A DNA stretch of 64,000 nt from Algoriphagus sp. Lineage in GTDB: Bacteria > Bacteroidota > Bacteroidia > Cytophagales > Cyclobacteriaceae. How positions within the stretch are numbered: position 1 is the stretch's first letter; each line of letters opens with the position of its first letter. Below are positions 58,471 to 64,000 of the stretch, piece by piece. The notes under the pieces were generated by a model. That model searched no databases. It was not told the origin of the DNA and saw only the letters and a program-made list of their open reading frames with translations. The translations under genes and the position numbers were made by a program. The stretch spans positions 2,783 to 66,782 of the forward strand of contig JBILPR010000001.1 of assembly GCA_044373795.1 (NCBI GenBank), given 5' to 3'.

Positions 58471-60069
58471 ATGAAAAGGAAATTTTCAGATCTGCACTGC
58501 CACAATCACATGAGGGTTCATTTCCACATGCAGGCGAAAGAGAAGAAATTCACCAGAAAAGGGGAATTCAGCCCATGGACAGTAATTGCCTCCAACTCCA
58601 GGAATCAGGAGAAAGGGAAAATGGGTGCCAGTTACAGCCAGATTGATCTGGTCAAATGCTGGAATAGCAATCTTCGACTTACGTTCAATTCTCTCTATCC
58701 ACTTGAGCGGCAGTTTGTAAAAGGAATGGACCCAAAAATCAAGGAAGACAAATGGTACCATTTTGTGGCCAGGGGAATTCTGGGAGAAGCGGGTTTGAAA
58801 AGAGACCTTTTGCAGACAGTCTACATGAAGATTCCGGATAAAGTGGTTGACTTTTTTCAGTCTGATGTGTATGATTATTGGGAATCACTGAATAAAGAAA
58901 AAGACTTTGTTCTGATCGAGTCGGGCAAACGGATCAAAAAAAATAAAATCCACGTTCCTTCTGCTCTTTTTGGAGATGATAAAGCCGCCGCAAAACGGGC
59001 AAAAGAGCATCCTGAATCTTATGTCGCAGAAAATGCCTGCTATCGGATTCCGAAAAACAAAGCTGAACTCTTTAAATCCTTGGCTGATGACACGGAGATC
59101 ACCATGATCTTGACGATTGAAGGAGCGCATGCCTTGGGAACAGACCGCTGTAAAACTGTAGAGGAAATCTCCGACCGAATCAAATTCATCAAAGAAAAGT
59201 GGGAAGTTCCTGTCTTCTTCATCACCTTTTCCCACCACTTTGATAATCGCCTTTGTGGTCATGCACATTCAATTCCCGGAATGGGGAAAGTTTTGATGAA
59301 ACAAAGACCCCATATGAATGAAGGTTTCCGAAGAAATGGACATCGAATAATCCGAGAAACCCTGGCACTTTCCATGAATCTTGAAAGGGATCCATCTCTA
59401 GGCTATAGAATCCTAATCGATGTCAAACACATGGCTGCCAGATCAAGAGTTGAATATTATGATTTGGTCAAAATCTGTCTCACAAAAGGTGACCGCATCC
59501 CTGTGATCGCTTCACATTGTGGCTATTCCGGGCTCAAAACGCTTCAGGACCATATCGACTTGGAAAAAGAAGAAAAAGACGATCATTGCGATTCAACCGG
59601 AAAATTCAACGCATGGAACATTAATATGTGCGATGAAGACATTGAGATGATTGTTAAGACTCAAGGACTTTTCGGCCTTTCTTTTGATCAACGAATCCTT
59701 GGAATCACCAAAAAAGACAAGGACTCAAAGAGAAACGGAATTCAGCTGATCTGGGAAAATATCGAGGGAATTGTAAAAAGTATCTATTCAAATCCCAGCC
59801 TGACCGACGTTCAGAAACCTCAAATATGGAAATCAATTACGATCGGAACCGACTTCGAAGGGCTGATCGATCCGGTCAATCCCTACCCTACAGCCTTGGA
59901 ATTTGAGTTGATGGCCAACAATCTGGTCTTCGAAATCGAACAAGCAAGAAAGGATCCGAAGGCCAAGCATCTTGCTCATCTCAAATCAAGGGAGGATGTC
60001 GAAAAAACTGTAGATGACTTTTGTTACAATAACGCCGAGGCGTTTGTGAAGGCAAATTATCCGGTTTGA
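58471..60069 (+). CDS. M19 membrane-dipeptidase-like amidohydrolase (no signal peptide)
   Basis: DLHCH, TIEGAH, SHHFDN, IDVKHM, ASHCG, IGTDFEG. Confidence 0.75.
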   Translation: MKRKFSDLHCHNHMRVHFHMQAKEKKFTRKGEFSPWTVIASNSRNQEKGKMGASYSQIDLVKCWNSNLRLTFNSLYPLERQFVKGMDPKIKEDKWYHFVARGILGEAGLKRDLLQTVYMKIPDKVVDFFQSDVYDYWESLNKEKDFVLIESGKRIKKNKIHVPSALFGDDKAAAKRAKEHPESYVAENACYRIPKNKAELFKSLADDTEITMILTIEGAHALGTDRCKTVEEISDRIKFIKEKWEVPVFFITFSHHFDNRLCGHAHSIPGMGKVLMKQRPHMNEGFRRNGHRIIRETLALSMNLERDPSLGYRILIDVKHMAARSRVEYYDLVKICLTKGDRIPVIASHCGYSGLKTLQDHIDLEKEEKDDHCDSTGKFNAWNINMCDEDIEMIVKTQGLFGLSFDQRILGITKKDKDSKRNGIQLIWENIEGIVKSIYSNPSLTDVQKPQIWKSITIGTDFEGLIDPVNPYPTALEFELMANNLVFEIEQARKDPKAKHLAHLKSREDVEKTVDDFCYNNAEAFVKANYPV

Positions 60070-60156
60070 TTAGATTTATGACATAAGATTTTTGAATGCC
60101 TGAGCTTGATTTACAAATCGGTCAGGCCAGAATATGACATTTATTTTTCTCTATCA

Positions 60157-60215
60157 CTTATCTCCTATTTCTATTCTCTTTATTTCTTGTGTCTTAAATC
60201 TAACGTCTTTTATCT
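60157..60215. repeat. heptamer tandem runs (CTNNNNT)
   Basis: cttatct cctattt ctattct ... cttgtgt cttaaat ctaacgt cttttat. Confidence 0.55.
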
Positions 60216-60256
60216 TTTTTGGAAATGAAAAAATCAGAATTCATTTCCATAGAAGT

Positions 60257-61228
60257 TTACCCTTTCTGAATTTCTTCTCCGAAAATCTCCTTTACAACCC
60301 AACCCTTTCCCCACTCATCCTTCTCATGTTCTGTCCAAAGTTCAGGAAAAAAGATAACCTTCTGAAAACGCGGAGGCAGGTATTTCTGCCAGTTGGTACC
60401 ACCGGTAGCGGCGATGTCAACAGGATCTTTCTGAAGGTACCGAACTGCAGATTTGTAATGTGCCAAAGGCCAGAAGACATTGGCTTTCAGATCAAATTGC
60501 TTCATGAGATCAGTCAATTCTTGACTCGGTGTATTCACTTCCATGAACTTTTGCCAGATGTTTTTTCTACGGTATGCGTCAATCAACTCTTTCAGCATTT
60601 TCCCGTACTTGGCTTCAAAGTTTTTCAGAGTCAACGTTTTGTTTCCAGATGATAGCTCGATTGCTCCTTGCTGCCAATAGAGGTTTTCAAAAATCTCATC
60701 TGAAGGGGTATGAAAATCCGGTTCTGTTCGCTTCGACAAAGCCACCAGATTAAAAGCATCAGTAGCCATCAATTCAATCTCGCGATATTGAGCACTTTGA
60801 AAACCGCTGGAAGGCAAAAGCGACATTCTGAACTTCAGGAATTGCTCACGCTCCATGCCTTTCCACATCATCGCAAATGAACTGATCAAATGATCAAGGT
60901 ACATCAATATTCTTTCGAGGCGATTTTTGAAAAACTCTTCCGAAACAGGTTCCTGATCAGCAATTTGCTCCATTTCTGAGATGATCAACTTGAAATAAAG
61001 CTCCGTGATCTGATGATAAATGATGAAAATCTTCTCGTCTTTGAAAGACGTTTTGGGCTGCTGCAGGTTAAGCAATACATCAAGATTGATGTATTCCCAG
61101 TAAGTGAGGTAGTCGGCATAAAGCAGTCCTTCCAGATAAGAAAGCATGTCTTGTCCGGAAGCTTTGAATTTCTCTTCTAATTGATGGATTTTTTCTAAAA
61201 TCTTTGGATCAAATTGGGATTCGTGCAT
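60257..61228 (-). CDS. kynA: tryptophan 2,3-dioxygenase
   Basis: YWEYINLDVLLNLQ, FIIYHQITELYFK, FRMSLLPSSGFQSAQYR, ATGGT; ATG 61228 preferred. Confidence 0.92.
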   Translation of the reverse strand: MHESQFDPKILEKIHQLEEKFKASGQDMLSYLEGLLYADYLTYWEYINLDVLLNLQQPKTSFKDEKIFIIYHQITELYFKLIISEMEQIADQEPVSEEFFKNRLERILMYLDHLISSFAMMWKGMEREQFLKFRMSLLPSSGFQSAQYREIELMATDAFNLVALSKRTEPDFHTPSDEIFENLYWQQGAIELSSGNKTLTLKNFEAKYGKMLKELIDAYRRKNIWQKFMEVNTPSQELTDLMKQFDLKANVFWPLAHYKSAVRYLQKDPVDIAATGGTNWQKYLPPRFQKVIFFPELWTEHEKDEWGKGWVVKEIFGEEIQKG

Positions 61229-61345
61229 GGGGATTTTAATCAAAAAGGTAGTTTTTTAGGGGCCGATCTATTTATTTAGTGTCGGCTGTTGGGGCTTTTC
61301 TTCCCTACAAAAATCACTCATTCAATTTAATAAACCAAAAATATC

Positions 61346-62551
61346 ATGGAGGCTGTTGGAATTCAAAAATCCCTGAAGCAGGATTTGTTCGAAGGTGTAG
61401 ATTTTCTTGATGTCGATGATCTCCTTACCGAGGAGCATAAGCTTATCCGAAGCTCTATTCGGGATTTTGTGAAGCGTGAGATTTCCCCTTACATCGAGGA
61501 TTGGACTCAGAAGGCCCATTTTCCTTACGAGATTGTTAAGAAATTTGGAGATGTGGGTGCTTTTGGACCGCAGATTCCTGAGGAATATGGTGGAGGTGGT
61601 TTGGATTACATCGCCTACGGAATCATCATGCAGGAGATTGAGCGAGGTGATTCGGGAATGAGATCTACCGCTTCTGTTCAAGGTTCATTGGTGATGTATC
61701 CGATTTACAAATTTGGATCTGAGGAGCAGCGCAAGAAATTCTTGCCTAAACTCGCTTCCGGAGAATTTCTCGGTTGCTTTGGTTTGACTGAGCCGGATCA
61801 CGGTTCAAATCCAAGCGGCATGGTCACCAACTTCAAAGACATGGACGATCATTATTTGTTGAATGGGGCCAAGATGTGGATTTCCAATTCTCCGAAGGCA
61901 GATATCGCAGTGGTTTGGGCGAAAAACGAAGAAGGCAGAATCCACGGATTGATCGTGGAGCGCGGAATGGAAGGATTTTCTACGCCTGAAACTCATGGGA
62001 AATGGTCACTTCGGGCTTCCTGCACAGGGGAACTCGTCTTTGACAATGTGAAAGTTCCGAAGGAAAATCTTCTTCCTGGCAAATCAGGTTTGGGAGCCCC
62101 GATGATGTGTTTGGATTCAGCTCGATTTGGAATTGCCTGGGGAGCAATCGGTGCAGCGATGGATTGCTACGAATCTGCTAGAAGGTATGCAGCAGAAAGA
62201 ATTCAGTTTGGAAAGCCTATTGGTGGTTTTCAGCTGACGCAAAAGAAATTGGCTGAGATGCTGACCGAGATTACCAAAGCCCAGCTTTTGGCCTGGAAAG
62301 TCGGTAAGATGATGAATGAAGGAACAGCAAAAACCGTCCATATCTCAATGGCCAAGCGAAACAACGTGGAAATGGCGCTCAACATTGCAAGAGAAGCCCG
62401 GCAAATCCATGGCGGAATGGGAATCACCGGCGAATATCCGATCATGCGCCATATGATGAATCTGGAATCTGTACTGACTTACGAAGGCACGCATGATATT
62501 CACTTGCTGATTCTTGGGCAGGAGATTACTGGTTTGCAGGCTTTTAAATGA
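61346..62551 (+). CDS. gcdH: glutaryl-CoA dehydrogenase-like acyl-CoA dehydrogenase
   Basis: ERGDSGMRS, GCFGLTEPDHGSNP, GAKMWISN, RHMMNLESVLTYEGTHDIH. Confidence 0.82.
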   Translation: MEAVGIQKSLKQDLFEGVDFLDVDDLLTEEHKLIRSSIRDFVKREISPYIEDWTQKAHFPYEIVKKFGDVGAFGPQIPEEYGGGGLDYIAYGIIMQEIERGDSGMRSTASVQGSLVMYPIYKFGSEEQRKKFLPKLASGEFLGCFGLTEPDHGSNPSGMVTNFKDMDDHYLLNGAKMWISNSPKADIAVVWAKNEEGRIHGLIVERGMEGFSTPETHGKWSLRASCTGELVFDNVKVPKENLLPGKSGLGAPMMCLDSARFGIAWGAIGAAMDCYESARRYAAERIQFGKPIGGFQLTQKKLAEMLTEITKAQLLAWKVGKMMNEGTAKTVHISMAKRNNVEMALNIAREARQIHGGMGITGEYPIMRHMMNLESVLTYEGTHDIHLLILGQEITGLQAFK

Positions 62552-62587
62552 TTGGAAGATTGTAAAATTTTAAAATTGAAAGATTAG
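62551..62587. repeat. octamer tandem run (ATTNNAAN)
   Basis: attggaag attgtaaa attttaaa attgaaag attag. Confidence 0.5.
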
Positions 62588-62606
62588 ATTACACTCATTC
62601 ATTCAT

Positions 62607-62642
62607 AAAAAATGGCTGCTCCGGGATTGGGCAGCCATTTTT
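62607..62642. terminator. bidirectional intrinsic terminator
   Basis: aaaaatggctgc...gcagccattttt. Confidence 0.8.
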
Positions 62643-62668
62643 GCTTTTAGATCTTTTTTAGTCAATCA

Positions 62669-62724
62669 GGCTTCGACTTGGTTCGACAAGCTCAGCACGA
62701 GCGCTCACCAACCAACGCTCAGCC
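62669..62724. repeat. nested TTCGAC..GCTCA REP-like element
   Basis: ggcttcgac ttggttcgac aa gctcagcacga gc gctcaccaa ccaac gctcagcc. Confidence 0.6.
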
Positions 62725-62761
62725 ACCGGTGACTTATGTGGTTTAGGGGAAGAGGGAAAGG

Positions 62762-64000
62762 TTATCTGGCGTAAAGTGTCAGTTTCTTCATCGCCCATGG
62801 CTGTTCGCCTTTTTCTGAGGACTGGATACGAACAAACTTATTTCTAGACTGAGATTTCCATCGAATTGTGTTGATGCCTTTTGTTCCGGTACCACTCGCA
62901 ACTTCTACCCAATTGCTGCCATTCGCAGATGCAGATACGGTGTATTTTTTCGGAAACTGCTCCTCTCCTGCATCAAATTGAATCTCGGCCAAGTTCTCTT
63001 CTTTTGGCAACTCAACCTGAAACCACATCCCGGGTTCTTGGGAAGTATCGGTTTTCCATCCTTTGAAACTGAATGCATACGAAGGATCCCTCGTCGAGCC
63101 CACTCCCTGCAAAGCAGTACTGCTAGCTGTCACCTTCCAATTTTCCTGCGGAAAAAGAGCCTTCGGTACTTCCTGAATCAACTCATCATAGGTATAATTC
63201 GATTTTCTGGCAAGCGTTTCATTTCGGATTAGGGCCACGTATTCCGGTTCAATAAAACTTCCTTTGTTTCCAAATTCATTCCGGATGTAGGACACAACAG
63301 ACGCTACCCACTTATCGTCATTGGAATTCATCGCAATCATTACACCCTCGTATTCTTTGTTATCAATGGCTCCAGTCAAACCATGAAGCAAAGTTTTCAC
63401 TGCGTATTCCGGATTACCGAGAATCCGGGGAGAACCTGAAAATGCCGGTGCAAGAAGTTCTCCAGTTCCTGTTGGAGTACCCAGACCTTTTGGCCCGTGA
63501 CAGGTAGAGCAATAGCTGTCAAATATGGTCTTGCCATGATTAAATAATGCAAGCTCCTGAGGAGAATATTGGGTGGAAGCCAATTTTTTCGACTCCTCCA
63601 TTTTCTCCAAAATCTGGCTTGCAACCAATTGAACTCCCTTTGTCATATTGGTTTGAAGGCTGGATTGAATCAGTTTTTCCGATTCATCCACTTTCAGGAT
63701 AAAGGCACTCTGCAACCCCTGGATTGCCACGCTCGGATCGGGATCATTTGCCAAAGCCCGGTAATCATCCGAAAGGCTTTTTTCTCCATACTTGTAAAGA
63801 GTTTCGCTCGCTCTCAGGGCCTGGATCCGGATAGCCGAACTTGGATCTTTCATCAATTCCCGCACTACTCCAACTTGTAGAGCGCCTAATCCTTCCAACG
63901 TCCACAGGGCATGGATCCGGGCCAGTTCATTGGTAGAGGTTTTTACCATTTTCTCCAACTCCTTGACGACAGATTTGTCTTGTCTTAAAATGATATTTTG
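62762..64000 (-). CDS. large HEAT-repeat + cytochrome c + F5/8 type C (discoidin) protein, 5'-truncated by window edge
   Basis: ARIHALWTLEGLG HEAT repeats, YCSTCHG CxxCH, WKVTASS..WFQVEL discoidin; frame open to base 64000. Confidence 0.88.
   Translation of the reverse strand, partial: QNIILRQDKSVVKELEKMVKTSTNELARIHALWTLEGLGALQVGVVRELMKDPSSAIRIQALRASETLYKYGEKSLSDDYRALANDPDPSVAIQGLQSAFILKVDESEKLIQSSLQTNMTKGVQLVASQILEKMEESKKLASTQYSPQELALFNHGKTIFDSYCSTCHGPKGLGTPTGTGELLAPAFSGSPRILGNPEYAVKTLLHGLTGAIDNKEYEGVMIAMNSNDDKWVASVVSYIRNEFGNKGSFIEPEYVALIRNETLARKSNYTYDELIQEVPKALFPQENWKVTASSTALQGVGSTRDPSYAFSFKGWKTDTSQEPGMWFQVELPKEENLAEIQFDAGEEQFPKKYTVSASANGSNWVEVASGTGTKGINTIRWKSQSRNKFVRIQSSEKGEQPWAMKKLTLYAR

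Noticed and set aside
58110-58474. Small ORFs 58110-58361 (-) and 58283-58474 (+) upstream of the M19-like gene
   Set aside because: Mutually overlapping; the minus ORF runs through the terminator; no motifs, although a degraded gene cannot be excluded.
22-63880. Numerous 60-195 aa ORFs overlapping or antisense to confident genes (e.g. 3446-3874, 10896-11348, 29263-29850, 52650-53099, 60134-60652, 61322-61681)
   Set aside because: Shadow frames of well-supported CDS with no motifs.
1-64000. CRISPR array, rRNA, tRNA, integrase, transposase, reverse transcriptase
   Set aside because: No regularly spaced 25-45 nt repeats, RNA-gene signatures or catalytic motifs seen by eye.

Overview
Mostly housekeeping and metabolic chromosome from a Bacteroidota organism. 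The gene repertoire, TAnnTTTG promoter boxes and lipoprotein/Tat signals suggest Cytophagales/Cyclobacteriaceae, probably Algoriphagus-like (inference). It holds about 63 CDS: peptidases (S9, M28 x2, M48, S10, M19-like), ggt, mnmA, etfBA, dnaB, a Mur ligase, gluQ, ribE, pcm, GH32, an NSS transporter, a Kef system, nhaA, MATE, a GMC oxidoreductase module, phosphatases, FKBP, kynA and gcdH. I see no CRISPR array, rRNA, tRNA, integrase, transposase or complete defence operon, so I cannot point to one clear multi-gene novel system. The best leads are single loci: (1) a conserved hypothetical protein with a full set of PI3K/HipA-like kinase motifs (34075-35145); (2) an orphan TIR protein retaining its catalytic Glu (7910-8626); (3) a ~120-nt rod-shaped, 6S-like structured element (57967-58085); (4) a Gfo/Idh/MocA pseudogene with one frameshift and two nonsense codons inside an otherwise intact GMC operon; (5) two small genes missed by the ORF track (a MetS-like NSS subunit and a 37-aa Lys-rich protein); (6) an ACP-like protein lacking the phosphopantetheine Ser; (7) a candidate structured leader upstream of nhaA. 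All family assignments come from motif recognition by eye, with no database search.
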